Assembly (NCBI GenBank): GCA_963738795.1
Contig: CAVTXQ010000010.1
Span: forward strand, 358,257 to 422,256
Direction: 5' to 3'
DNA length: 64,000 nt
DNA from: an uncultured Gaiellaceae bacterium
Lineage (GTDB): Bacteria; Actinomycetota; Thermoleophilia; Gaiellales; Gaiellaceae
Each line of letters starts with the position of its first letter. The first letter of the stretch is position 1. Positions 19,112 through 27,911 of the stretch are shown here, in pieces. The notes under the pieces are model-generated. The model was given only the letters and a program-made list of their open reading frames with translations. It made no database searches and had not been told where the DNA came from. The translations under genes and the position numbers were made by a program.

Positions 19112-20812
19112 TCAGCGCGCCGTCGCCGGGCCTGTCCCGTTGCGCAGGAGGCTTCCGCGTCCCGTCGGCCACGGCAGGAGGTTCGTGCCCGAGCCTGGCA
19201 CCCGGAAGACGTCGATGCCGTGGTCGAACGTCGAGAGCACGATCTCGAGCCTGCCGTCGCCGTCCAGGTCGCCGATCGAGGGCGCGGCAGGAACGCCGAT
19301 TCCGTTCCCGTTTCTCCCCTGGCGCGGGAGTCGGATGTCGTGCAGCCGCTTACCCGCAGCGGAAAGCACGACCAGCCGGCCGGAGCCCGGGGCGAGCGCG
19401 TACGTGCCGAAGACGAGCTCGGGCTTGCCGTCCCGGTTGAGGTCGGCGGCCACGACCTCGGAGGCGAACGTCTTCGGGGCGCTCCGGGCGTAGTCGAACC
19501 GCCACAGCCGCTTGCCCGTCGGGCCGACGGCGTAGACGAAGCCGTCGGGCACTGAGGCCACGATCTCCGGCCGCCCGTCGCCGGAGATGTCGACGACCGT
19601 GGGCGCCGGGATCCCTGACGGCGGATACCAGTCCCCGGAGGGTCTCACCGCAGGCTTGCCGGACCGCGGCGGCGTCGTGAAGCCTTGGTGCCGGCGCGCC
19701 GACCGGGAGCCGTCGCCGTACGCGCCGTCGAGCACCATGAACGCGTATCCCTGGGTCTCGTACGGCTCCTTCTGCTCCGCGTTCGGCAGGCCGATCACCT
19801 CGTTCCGGCCGTCGCGGTCGAGGTCGGCGATCGACGGCGGCGAGTCCGTCCACTGCAGCCACATCGTCTTCCGAACGTCGGGCCACGGGCCCGCATGCTC
19901 GTGGTAGTGGCGGGCTTCGACCGCCGGGTCGAGCCAGCGGATGAACTGGCCCCACCCGAGCCGCCGCCCTGCGTGTCGGCTGTCGCGGTTGCGGAACCAC
20001 GGCGAGGCGAGCACGGAGGTGCCGTCGTAGTTGAAGACGTTGATCTGGTGGTTGTCGAAGGTGACCACGATCTCGAGCTGCGCGTCGTCGTCGAGGTTGC
20101 CAATGCCGACGTTCTCGCCGTAGGCGCCGTAGCCGCGGTTGCCGACGCCGTTGAAGTCGGCGTCGTTGCCCTTGCCGCGCAGTCGGTTGTATCGCGGCCA
20201 TGCTGTCACTGGAGCGCCCTTCGGCCGGTAGAGCGAGCCCCGTGCGCCGAAGACGAACACCTGTGCGCCGGTCGGCGAGGTGTTCGTCGTCGTCACGACG
20301 ACCTCGATCCGGCCGTCTCCGTCGAGATCGGCCGCCGCGAGTCCCCGCGCCTCGGGGCATTGGCCCCCGCTGCACGTCGAGGCCGGCCAGCCCGGTTCGA
20401 GACGGAGGCGACCACCGCGGAGCTCGTAGGCAGCCACCGTGCCCTCGTTGCCGCCGACGACGATCTCCTTCCGCCCGTCGCCGTCGAGGTCCGCGACTGC
20501 GCCGGGGGCGTAGACCCGCCCTCTTGTCGCAGTGCCCTTGCCGAGCTGGCGACCCTTCGCGTCGAAGACGAACGTCGAGTAGAAGGGCGCGACGAGCTCG
20601 AGCCGGCCGTCGCCGTTCAGGTCGACGAGCCCGGGTGACGAGAACCAGCCCGTCTCCCCGGTGCTGATGTTGCGCACGAAGCGCGGGGCTGCGACAGCGG
20701 CGGGCACCGCTGTCGGGCGGACGACGGTGCGGTCCGCCGACGCTGCGCTGTCGCGGCTCGAGGGCGCAAACGCCAAGACCAGGAACGCGGCGACGGCCGC
20801 CACGCGGAGCAT
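19112..20812 (-). CDS. secreted FG-GAP/VCBS repeat protein
   Basis: 566 aa with a signal peptide. Repeated D-x-D/N-G-D-G-x-x-E motifs (DLNGDGRLE, DLDGDGRKE, DLDGDGRIE, DLDRDGRNE, DISGDGRPE, DLNRDGKPE, DLDGDGRLE). Confidence 0.85.
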   Translation of the reverse strand: MLRVAAVAAFLVLAFAPSSRDSAASADRTVVRPTAVPAAVAAPRFVRNISTGETGWFSSPGLVDLNGDGRLELVAPFYSTFVFDAKGRQLGKGTATRGRVYAPGAVADLDGDGRKEIVVGGNEGTVAAYELRGGRLRLEPGWPASTCSGGQCPEARGLAAADLDGDGRIEVVVTTTNTSPTGAQVFVFGARGSLYRPKGAPVTAWPRYNRLRGKGNDADFNGVGNRGYGAYGENVGIGNLDDDAQLEIVVTFDNHQINVFNYDGTSVLASPWFRNRDSRHAGRRLGWGQFIRWLDPAVEARHYHEHAGPWPDVRKTMWLQWTDSPPSIADLDRDGRNEVIGLPNAEQKEPYETQGYAFMVLDGAYGDGSRSARRHQGFTTPPRSGKPAVRPSGDWYPPSGIPAPTVVDISGDGRPEIVASVPDGFVYAVGPTGKRLWRFDYARSAPKTFASEVVAADLNRDGKPELVFGTYALAPGSGRLVVLSAAGKRLHDIRLPRQGRNGNGIGVPAAPSIGDLDGDGRLEIVLSTFDHGIDVFRVPGSGTNLLPWPTGRGSLLRNGTGPATAR

Positions 20813-20913
20813 CGCCGAACCCTAACGACCCAACCGGTCGCGGTAGTCGCGTCGTGCCACGAGCACGAGAGATCGGTAACGTTCGATCCGGCCGAGCGGG
20901 GCGTCGCGCCGGG

Positions 20914-20942
20914 CCTGGACCAGCGCCCGGAAGATCACCCGA
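20914..20942 (+). repeat. module-boundary repeat R0 (degenerate)
   Basis: cctggaccagcgcccggaagatcacccga. The 5' block TGGaCCAGCG matches the consensus. Lies between the FG-GAP start and the cupin stop. Confidence 0.5.
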
Positions 20943-20951
20943 CCTACCTTG

Positions 20952-21422
20952 TTACTGACTCGGCGGCAAGTCAAAGCGAGCGATGATCCCGGTGTCGCCG
21001 TCTTCGGGCACCGGACGTTCGGGGTGGCGGGTCGCCACCCATGCGTACCCCTGCTCGGGGTACGCGACAACATCGGGAAATCTCTTCGAGGAGATGGCGA
21101 GCAGGCGAGCCGACTCGTCGGTTGGGTTCGAGAAATCGTGCAGCCCGTCTGGGCCTTCCGGGAAGTACACGACATCTCCGGGCGAAAGCTGCTCTTCGCC
21201 CTCCGGAGTGCGCACGGTGGGTGTGCCGGCGAGGACGAAGAACATCTCCTCGACGCCGTAGTGCATGTGCAACGGGCCTCCTGGTGAGCCTGGCCGAAGC
21301 TCGCGCAGAGAGGCTCCTAGGATGTCCGCTCCAAACCGGTGCCCGAACCACCGCGCGCGCGTCCGATCCTCGTCGTTCACCTCATCCCAGGGTTCTTCGG
21401 CCAGGAAGTTCAAGCGGTGCAT
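20952..21422 (-). CDS. cupin-domain protein
   Basis: 156 aa. Cupin motifs (GPLHMHYGVEEMFFVLAGT...GDVVYFPEGPDGLH). Close paralogue of 26860..27324. Confidence 0.85.
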   Translation of the reverse strand: MHRLNFLAEEPWDEVNDEDRTRARWFGHRFGADILGASLRELRPGSPGGPLHMHYGVEEMFFVLAGTPTVRTPEGEEQLSPGDVVYFPEGPDGLHDFSNPTDESARLLAISSKRFPDVVAYPEQGYAWVATRHPERPVPEDGDTGIIARFDLPPSQ

Positions 21423-21467
21423 GGCTCCTCCGTCTCGAATCGCTGCCGGTCAAGGAGATTATTGGCG

Positions 21468-21495
21468 TGCGCCAATGTGCCGCGATGGCGTCCGA
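21468..21495 (+). repeat. module-boundary repeat R1 (degenerate)
   Basis: tgcgccaatgtgccgcgatggcgtccga, about 17 of 27 positions matching the consensus. Occupies the same position relative to the YciI leader as R5. Confidence 0.45.
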
Positions 21496-21616
21496 AGAAG
21501 TGAGGCTGGATCTGGCCGGACCGATGAGTTCTCGGTGGTTTGTCGGTCTTCATTGCGCGTGTGTCCGCAGCAGGGTGAGATGCGGCCGGAGCAGGCCGCC
21601 GAGAAAGGAGTCGGAG
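21496..21616 (+). promoter_or_regulatory. conserved 5' leader of YciI gene 1
   Basis: Alignable with 25508-25625. Shared blocks are GATGAGTyyTCGGTGGTTTGTCrGTCT and TGAGATGCGGCCGGAGCAGGCCGCCGAGAAAGGAGTC. The hairpin GCGGCC-GGAGCA-GGCCGC (21582-21599) sits just 5' of the RBS. Confidence 0.5.
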
Positions 21617-21958
21617 ATGACGCGGTATCTGATCTCGTTCGATGACGGGGCAATGACGTTTCCCGAGGAGGATCTCCCCGACGTGGCCGAGGCAGCGCAC
21701 GCAGTGGCGCAAGAGGCAATGGACGCAGGCGTTTGGGTGTTCGGCGGCGGGCTGCATTCCCACGAAGACGTGAGCGTGGTGGCCACCGACGGGACGGTCA
21801 CCGACGGCCCATACCCTGAGAGCAAGGCGTACATTGGCGGATTCTCGGTTGTCGACGTTCCCTCACGCGAGGAGGCGCTGGAGTGGGCCGGCAGGATCGC
21901 CGTCGCCTGCCGTTGTGCGCAGGAGGTTCGCGAGTTCGTGCCCGGCTCTACGCCCTGA
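21617..21958 (+). CDS. YciI-like (YCII/DGPF) protein
   Basis: ATG at 21617 after AAAGGAG. 113 aa, MTRYLISFDDGAMTF...GPYPESKAYIGGFSVVDVPSREEALEWA. Paralogue of 25626..25976. Confidence 0.85.
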   Translation: MTRYLISFDDGAMTFPEEDLPDVAEAAHAVAQEAMDAGVWVFGGGLHSHEDVSVVATDGTVTDGPYPESKAYIGGFSVVDVPSREEALEWAGRIAVACRCAQEVREFVPGSTP

Positions 21959-22027
21959 TCACGGCCATCCGCGAGAGGCGGCGGAAGGCGTCTCGCGTTT
22001 CGCCGTTCGCCCACCATCGCCTGCGCC

Positions 22028-22059
22028 AGTGTTCCGGAATAAGGCCAGGGCGCCGCTTG
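22028..22059 (+). repeat. module-boundary repeat R2
   Basis: cgcctgcgccagtgttccggaataaggccagg, in a convergent intergenic spacer. Confidence 0.6.
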
Positions 22060-22177
22060 CCCCGCGTTACGAAGGGCCGCACGATCGAGCGAAGCGCCGG
22101 GTGCGCACGCTGCTATCGCGAGTCCCGCGCGTCCGCCGCAAGGTGGTCTCGAGGACCGCGCTCCGACTTGCGTCGTC

Positions 22178-22909
22178 CTAGTTCCGGCGGGGAACCTTCG
22201 GCCCACCGTCCGCGTGCGTGAGCCACGTCGGAGCGGCTAGCGCGAGCACGCGCCGCTGTCCCTCGGACGCGCCGCTCCCGAGCTCGTCGTACGTGTACGC
22301 GACGTCGCCGCCGATGACGACGAGCCCGTCGGGCGTGTCGACAAGGACGCTCTGGTGGCCATTTGTGTGGCCGGGCGTCGGCAGCAGCCGGATGCCGGGG
22401 AGCACCTCCGCCTCGCCGTCGTGCTCGACGTAGGTCGCACCCGGAAAGTCGACCCATTCGGGCGGGTCATAAGGCGCTTGCAGCTCGAGCCGCTGAACGT
22501 GGATCGGCACACCGGGAAACAGGCGGTTGCCGCCGCAGTGGTCGAAGTGAAGGTGCGTGTTGATGACGCACACGACGTCTCGCGGGATGTTCTCCGGCAT
22601 CGGCACCGGCGCGCCTTCCTCGTCCAGCTCCGGCGTCGAGTCGAGCATGCCGGTGTCGACGAGGACGACACCGTCGGCATGCTCGATCGTGTGCACGTAG
22701 ACGGGTAAGCCCGCGAAGGTAGCCGCGAGGTGAGCCGTAATCGCGTTGGCGGAGAGCTTGGGAACGCCAGTGTCACCCTGGTAGGGCAATTGGTCCTCCA
22801 GATCGCTGGTTGTGGATCGGCCTTCGGCGTTGAGACTGCGATCGGGGACGGAACTCATCTGTCGACGAGCCTTCGACTGGCGGCCCGGGATGGGAATCGC
22901 CGCCTTCAC
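22178..22909 (-). CDS. MBL-fold metallo-hydrolase (lactonase-like)
   Basis: Track ORF of 243 aa with motif THLHFDHCGG. The true start may be the internal ATG at 22858. Confidence 0.8.
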   Translation of the reverse strand: MKAAIPIPGRQSKARRQMSSVPDRSLNAEGRSTTSDLEDQLPYQGDTGVPKLSANAITAHLAATFAGLPVYVHTIEHADGVVLVDTGMLDSTPELDEEGAPVPMPENIPRDVVCVINTHLHFDHCGGNRLFPGVPIHVQRLELQAPYDPPEWVDFPGATYVEHDGEAEVLPGIRLLPTPGHTNGHQSVLVDTPDGLVVIGGDVAYTYDELGSGASEGQRRVLALAAPTWLTHADGGPKVPRRN

Positions 22910-22954
22910 TCAGCAGGGATCGCCATCGGCGCACCGAGTAGCCTCGGCAGTCGG

Positions 22955-22983
22955 TTGGGCCAGCGTTCGCGAATGGCCCCTGA
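22955..22983 (+). repeat. module-boundary repeat R3
   Basis: ttgggccagcgttcgcgaatggcccctga, in a divergent spacer. Confidence 0.7.
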
Positions 22984-23071
22984 AAGCATTGGCGGCAACG
23001 TCCCCCGGGACTACGAACGATCCGCGCGACCGGATTCGCCGCTCCGTCGGCGGATTAGAGTGTCTCGGCCT

Positions 23072-24107
23072 GTGGCCGAACGAGTCCTCACGCTGCGAGA
23101 ACTGAACCGCGCGACACTCGCGCGGCAGCTCCTACTCCAGCGCACGCGACTCTCGCCAATGGCGGTGATCGAGCGCCTCGTCGGGATGCAGGCGCAGTCG
23201 CCGCAGGCTCCGTACGTCGGTATCTGGACGCGCACCACGGGGTTCCGGCGCGGGTCGCTCGAGCGACTGCTCCGGCGGTCCGCGATCGTGAGGGCGACCG
23301 CGATGCGGCAGACGCTGCACCTCGTCACCCCGCGCGACTACGCGCTCATCTGGGCGGCGATGAGCGAGACGAACTTCCCCTGGGAGACGGAGCGGGCGAA
23401 GCAGCTCGCGCTGTCGGTGCGCGCGCTCGCCGCGAACCGACCCGTGACGTCGACGGAAGCGATCGCCCAACTTGAGAGCGAGTACGGCTTCGCCGGCGTC
23501 GATGCGCGCCGCGCCTGGCGGATGGCGCGAGTCGCCGCGCTCATCGTCCACCACCACGAGAGGGCGCTCTGGCAGCCGCGCAACGACCAGCGGTTCGTCG
23601 CGATCGCCGAGCCGCAGCCGCACGTCCCCGTCGAGGCACGCGCCGAGATCTTCCGCCGCTACCTCGCGGCCTTCGGCCCTTCGACGCGCCGCGACATCGG
23701 GGCCTGGAGCAGGATGCGCGTGGCCGAGATCGACGCTGCACTGGAGCTGCTCGAGCCGCTGCGCCGCTTCCGCGACGAGCAGGGCCGCGAGCTCCTCGAC
23801 GTCCCACGAGCGCCGCTGCCGGACGCCGAGGACGCCGGCGCCCGTCCGCTTCCTGCCGAAGTGGGACAACGTCCTGCTCGCCTGGGCCGACCGCACGCGC
23901 GTACTCCCGGAGCAGTACCGGAAGACGGTGATCAAGGTGAACGGCGACGTCGCACAGACGTTCCTCGTCGACGGCTTCGTCGCCGGGATCTGGCGCGTCG
24001 ACGACGGCCGTGTCGTGCTGGAGCCGTTCGAGCCGCTTTCAGCCGCGGCGCGGCGCGAGATCGAGGACGAGGCAGGGCGTCTGGAGGCGTTCCTCGCCGA
24101 GCCCTAG
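23072..24107 (+). CDS. winged-helix DNA glycosylase-like protein (YcaQ/AlkZ family); frame broken near 23835
   Basis: Starts at the GTG at 23072 (VAERVLTLRELNRATLARQLLLQR...GMQAQSPQAPYVG) in the frame of track ORF 22730..24247. The C-terminus (PVRFLPKWDNVLLAWADR...FVAGIWRV...) is in the frame of 23472..24107. Confidence 0.7.
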
Positions 24108-24222
24108 TCGCGCTCGGCGAGCAGCCGCTGCATGCGCGCGATCTCGATCCGCTGGCCGTCCTCGACGTTATGCGGTGCCACGCTTCGGATCGTACGCAGC
24201 ACCGGCACAACGTCCATCCCCT

Positions 24223-24254
24223 CGCCTGGGCCAGCGTTCGGGAATGACGCCTGA
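24223..24254 (+). repeat. module-boundary repeat R4 (consensus copy)
   Basis: cgcctgggccagcgttcgggaatgacgcctga, in a convergent spacer. Confidence 0.8.
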
Positions 24255-24505
24255 CCGCGGCGCCTCGGGCGGTCGCTGATCATCGACCGCTACCTAACAT
24301 TCGAGTACCTACCCCGAACCGCCGCCAACGTCGCGCTCGCAAACATCCAAACACAACACCCGGACGCGACCCCGTAACGCAGCCGCGAGGGCCTTACCCG
24401 ACCGTGCCTCGAGTGCGCCGGCCCGCATGCTTCCGCCCGCGTCAACGTTGGCGGGCGGCCCGAAGCGCGCCGCCCGCCATAACTCCTGCTTCCTAGTTCG
24501 GCCTC

Positions 24506-25255
24506 CTACCCAGGCCCGTTCTTCCCGCCGGTGGCGAAGTAACTCACACAGTCGCCCTGGTTCTTGAATCCCAAGCCCAGCAGTGTGGTCCAACCGCCGT
24601 TCTTACAGTCATTCTTGTCGAACGTCTGGGCAAGCAGGCTGAAGTTGTCGAGCTGCAGATGGGCCGGACCCGTGAAGAACTGCGGGATCGTGGCCTTGAC
24701 CTCGACGCGGATCGCCGAGCCCTTGTAGGCGCTCAGGTCGAAGGTTGAGCTCATCGCGCCTGTGTCGAGGTTCATCGTCGCTGCGTTCGCTGTCAACACG
24801 TTGGTCGTCTGCAGCGGAGTTCCGCCACCGCCCGGCTCGACCACAAAGTCGAGTGTCCGGTTCAGAGTCGAACCCCCGAAGTTGAACATATCCCAGCCAG
24901 CACGCCAGTCGAAGGTCAGCGTGGCCCGTACAACAGTCCCCGGTGCCGCGGCAGGAATCGAGACGTCCTGCCAGATCGCAATCGTGTCGGGGCCGCCACC
25001 GTCGAAGCCGCTGTCGGCGACGAAGCTGCCGTTAGTCGGTGCCGTCTGAAACAGCCCAAAGCCCGGCGTGAACCCAGCTCCGCGGACGGCGAGCGGGACG
25101 AACGGGACCGCCATGTCCTGCGTGCCCCAGCCAGTGAAGCCGGTCTCGAAGCTGCCGTTCACGAGCAACTGCTGCGGAGGCGCTGCCAGCGTGGCCGAGG
25201 TGAAAACAGCCATCACCGTTGCACACACCAGCGCGAGACCTGTCACGTACTTCAT
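24506..25255 (-). CDS. secreted hypothetical protein with Cys-containing C-terminal motif
   Basis: Track ORF 24506..25327, trimmed to the ATG at 25255 after GGAGG. Signal peptide MKYVTGLALVCATVMAVFTSATLA. C-terminal motif DCKNGGW...FKNQGDCVSYF. Confidence 0.7.
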   Translation of the reverse strand: MKYVTGLALVCATVMAVFTSATLAAPPQQLLVNGSFETGFTGWGTQDMAVPFVPLAVRGAGFTPGFGLFQTAPTNGSFVADSGFDGGGPDTIAIWQDVSIPAAAPGTVVRATLTFDWRAGWDMFNFGGSTLNRTLDFVVEPGGGGTPLQTTNVLTANAATMNLDTGAMSSTFDLSAYKGSAIRVEVKATIPQFFTGPAHLQLDNFSLLAQTFDKNDCKNGGWTTLLGLGFKNQGDCVSYFATGGKNGPG

Positions 25256-25478
25256 CGTTCCTCCCTTGTTCAAGAGAGATGGAAGGGTCACGGAAAAACG
25301 CGATCCTCCATCGAGTGACTCTGTCACCTGTCAACGCCGCAGTCAACCGGCTTGGCGCGAGAAGAAGGCCCGACGCTGCGTTCGCGGAGGACACCGGCTC
25401 CGGTCCGGACGTCAGGCGTCCTTGGCTGGGCGAGTGCAGCATCAGACCCGACGGGGCTGGGATGGGGATAAGCCTGAG

Positions 25479-25507
25479 CTGGGCCAGCGTTCGGGAATGA
25501 CGCCTGA
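25479..25507 (+). repeat. module-boundary repeat R5 (consensus copy)
   Basis: ctgggccagcgttcgggaatgacgcctga. An 11-bp perfect inverted partner cgtcaggcgtc lies at 25409-25419. Confidence 0.8.
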
Positions 25508-25625
25508 CGAGGTGAACCCGGATCGGCCGGAGCAGCGATGAGTCTTCGGTGGTTTGTCAGTCTCTACCGCGTACGGGCGAGGCTGAGATGCGGCCGGAGC
25601 AGGCCGCCGAGAAAGGAGTCATGAG
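25508..25625 (+). promoter_or_regulatory. conserved 5' leader of YciI gene 2
   Basis: Alignable with 21496-21616. The same hairpin GCGGCC-GGAGCA-GGCCGC occurs at 25590-25607, before AAAGGAG. Confidence 0.5.
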
Positions 25626-25976
25626 ATGACGCGGTACCTGATTTCGTTCCCCAGCGGCGCGATGGACCACATCCCCGCTGAGGAGTTCCCCGCCGTGGGA
25701 GAGGCTGCTCATGCGGTGGTCCAGGAGGCCATGGACGCAGGCGTGTTGGTGTTCGGCGGCGGGTTGGCCGAGAACGTGGATCCCGTCATGGTGGCCGGTG
25801 ACGGGACGATCACCGCTGGCACGTACCCGCAGACCAAGGAGTTCAACGGCGGGTTCACGGTCCTCGACGTTGCCTCTCGGGAGGCAGCCGTGGAGTGGGC
25901 CGCGAAGATCGCGGCCGCCTGCCGCTGTGCTCAAGAGATCCGCGAGTTCGGGCCCGACTCAGCGGTGGGCAATTGA
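25626..25976 (+). CDS. YciI-like (YCII/DGPF) protein
   Basis: 116-aa track ORF, MTRYLISFPSGAMDHIP...GTYPQTKEFNGGFTVLDVASREAAVEWA. Confidence 0.85.
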   Translation: MTRYLISFPSGAMDHIPAEEFPAVGEAAHAVVQEAMDAGVLVFGGGLAENVDPVMVAGDGTITAGTYPQTKEFNGGFTVLDVASREAAVEWAAKIAAACRCAQEIREFGPDSAVGN

Positions 25977-26023
25977 GCGAAGCCCCAGATCGCCCTTCAT
26001 GGCCAAGGCTCCCGACAGACGAT

Positions 26024-26054
26024 CGCCTGGGCCAGCGTGCAGAAGGGGTCCTCG
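26024..26054 (+). repeat. module-boundary repeat R6 (3' half degenerate)
   Basis: cgcctgggccagcgtgcagaaggggtcctcg. The first 17 nt match copy R7 exactly. Confidence 0.55.
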
Positions 26055-26086
26055 TTGTTTGAACCAGAAGCCAGCGTGACAGACTT

Positions 26087-26725
26087 GTGACCATGCGTGA
26101 GCTGCGGCCGGGTGTCTGGCATTGGCAATCGTCGCATCCCGGCTGGAACGAGGAGGAGGAGTGGCCCGAGGCTGTCTCGTCTTATGGGATCGAGCTCGGC
26201 AACGATTTCGTGTTGTTCGATCCGCTCGCCGTTCCCGACGAGCTACGTGAGCGCGCGACCGCCGTCGTCCTGACGGCGCCGTATCACGAGCGCGATGCCC
26301 GTGGACTTGGCCTCCCGGTGCACACGCCGCCGGCGGACACCTGGCAGGACTGGGTCGAGAAGTTCGGCATCGACCCCGACCGCGTGCGCGGCATGGAGAG
26401 TGAGGACCTTGCCTGGCTGCGCGCGGGTGGAGGCGAAGGACACTTTCACGGTCCTGGAGCGTGGCCGTTCGGCATCGACGCGTACGCGGGCCGCGAGGAC
26501 AACGATCTCATCCTCTGGCTCCCGTCGATCGGCGCGATCGTCACCGGCGACTCGCTCTCCGACTTCGGCGACGGACTGGACATCTGGATCGGCGATCGCA
26601 AGCACGTGACGCGCGACGATGTCGTGCAACGGCTGCGTCCGCTGCTCGACCTGCCGGTCGAGCTCGTGCTGCCCGCACACGGCGAGCCGACGGATCGCGC
26701 GGCGCTCGAGCACGTGCTCTCGTGA
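26087..26725 (+). CDS. MBL-fold-like protein with a degenerate metal motif
   Basis: 212-aa track ORF. VVLTAPYHERDA replaces HxHxDH. Later segments (LILWLPSIGAIVTGDS, LVLPAHGEP) resemble the MBL fold. The assignment is tentative. Confidence 0.5.
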   Translation: MTMRELRPGVWHWQSSHPGWNEEEEWPEAVSSYGIELGNDFVLFDPLAVPDELRERATAVVLTAPYHERDARGLGLPVHTPPADTWQDWVEKFGIDPDRVRGMESEDLAWLRAGGGEGHFHGPGAWPFGIDAYAGREDNDLILWLPSIGAIVTGDSLSDFGDGLDIWIGDRKHVTRDDVVQRLRPLLDLPVELVLPAHGEPTDRAALEHVLS

Positions 26726-26761
26726 GCGGTGCCGACAGGATCAGAGGCTCAGGCGACGTGG

Positions 26762-26793
26762 CGCCTGGGCCAGCGTGCCGGAATGTCCCCTGA
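26762..26793 (+). repeat. module-boundary repeat R7
   Basis: cgcctgggccagcgtgccggaatgtcccctga, in a convergent spacer. Confidence 0.8.
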
Positions 26794-26859
26794 GCCGAGC
26801 ACGACGAGGCCGCTCGTGCAGCCTCGTCGGCTCTGCCGCTGGCCGATACAGCCGCGGGA

Positions 26860-27324
26860 TTACTCGATCGGGATCTCGAAGCGCGCGATGATGCCGGGGT
26901 CGCCGCCCCTCGCGAGTAGCTCGGGATCGGGATCGCGCGTCGCCACCCACGCATAACCGGCTTCGGGATAGGCGACGACGTCCGGGAAGCTCCCGGCACT
27001 GATCGCGAGGATCCGAGCGGGTTCTTCCGTGGGGTTGCTGAACGTGTGAAGACCGGCCCGACCCTCCGGGCAGAAGACGAAGTCGCCCGGAGCCAACTCC
27101 TCTTCTCCGTTTCTGTTGCGGAACACCGGACGGCCGCTAAGAACGAGGAACATCTCTTCGGCTCCGAAGTGCATGTGCATCGGCTCGTCGGGCGCGCCGG
27201 GGGCCAGCTCGTACAGCGTTGCTCCCATCCTGGCGTCGTCCGGCCGCCAGAAGATTCGATGCTGAGTTCGTGCGTCGAGGTTCTCTCCGTCCCATGCGTT
27301 GGAGAAGAGGTTCTGACGATTCAT
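26860..27324 (-). CDS. cupin-domain protein
   Basis: Track ORF 26860..27390, trimmed to the ATG at 27324 after GGAGG. EPMHMHFGAEEMFLVLSGR...GDFVFCPEGRAGLH. Its C-terminal half is nearly collinear with that of 20952..21422. Confidence 0.85.
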   Translation of the reverse strand: MNRQNLFSNAWDGENLDARTQHRIFWRPDDARMGATLYELAPGAPDEPMHMHFGAEEMFLVLSGRPVFRNRNGEEELAPGDFVFCPEGRAGLHTFSNPTEEPARILAISAGSFPDVVAYPEAGYAWVATRDPDPELLARGGDPGIIARFEIPIE

Positions 27325-27385
27325 GGTGGTACCTCCGCGTCGCAGCAGTGGCACGCAGCTTGCCCCGAGCCCGCAGTACGGCCTC

Positions 27386-27416
27386 GGCAAGGCCAGCGTC
27401 CGGGAATGTCACCTGA
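27386..27416 (+). repeat. module-boundary repeat R8
   Basis: ggcaaggccagcgtccgggaatgtcacctga, in a tandem (minus/minus) spacer. Confidence 0.7.
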
Positions 27417-27441
27417 GCTCTAACGTGCGCACAGCCCCGGC

Positions 27442-27846
27442 TCAGGTGCGCGGACGGTACTCCGACGGGCCGGCCAACACGACGAGGTACCCATCGGGAT
27501 CGCGCAGCCAGATTTCTCGCTGTTTGGCGTTGGGGTTCACATGCACGTCGCGCTCGACCCTCGCATCAACTTCTCTTACCCGCTTCACAGCCGCATCGAA
27601 GTCAGAAACCTCGAACCAGAGCAGACTGCCGTTGCCGAGGGGAACATCGGGCGATGCAAGAGGGCCGTGATGGTGCTCGACGTCGATGTGGTGCAGCTGC
27701 AGGATGAGTTCCCCACCACTGACGAGTTGCTCGTACTCGTCGCCTCCGTGGGCGCTCTCGGCCTCGAGGATCTGCGCGTAGAACACGCTGGACGCCCGGA
27801 CGTCGCGGACGACGATGAGTGGCTGCGGCCAGACCTTCGTGATCAT
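27442..27846 (-). CDS. VOC/glyoxalase-bleomycin-resistance family protein
   Basis: 134-aa track ORF with a typical paired beta-alpha-beta-beta-beta layout (LIVVRDVRASSVFYAQIL..., REIWLRDPDGYLVVL). Confidence 0.8.
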   Translation of the reverse strand: MITKVWPQPLIVVRDVRASSVFYAQILEAESAHGGDEYEQLVSGGELILQLHHIDVEHHHGPLASPDVPLGNGSLLWFEVSDFDAAVKRVREVDARVERDVHVNPNAKQREIWLRDPDGYLVVLAGPSEYRPRT

Positions 27847-27872
27847 TCAGACAACTGTAAGGCCAGAACTGC

Positions 27873-27904
27873 TGCCTGCGCGAGTGTTCGCGAATACACC
27901 CTGA
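27873..27904 (+). repeat. module-boundary repeat R9
   Basis: tgcctgcgcgagtgttcgcgaatacaccctga, in a tandem (minus/minus) spacer. Confidence 0.6.
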
Positions 27905-27911
27905 GCGCCTT

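Noticed and set aside
20822-21175. Track ORF 20822..21175 (minus, 117 aa) and other ORFs overlapping the cupin gene.
   Set aside because: - It is out of frame with, and overlapped by, the well-supported cupin gene 20952..21422.
- Its composition is Arg/Ser/Thr-rich with no motif.
24236-24242. The GTTCGGG core as an integron R' box, or as a LexA (TCGAAC-N4-GTTCGA) half-site.
   Set aside because: - The GTT triplet is not conserved among copies (GTG, GTC and GCC also occur).
- There is no matching RYYYAAC partner at a consistent distance.
- Only one GAAC/GTTC half-site is present, so neither a canonical attC nor an SOS box is supported.
24223-24254. The repeat as a conserved coding segment. Many spurious track ORFs end in ...WASVRE* or read ...LGQRSGMTPD... 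through it.
   Set aside because: - The motif lies outside the supported genes.
- It is read in different frames by different spurious ORFs.
- It is present next to genes on both strands. The recurring peptides are a by-product of the DNA repeat.
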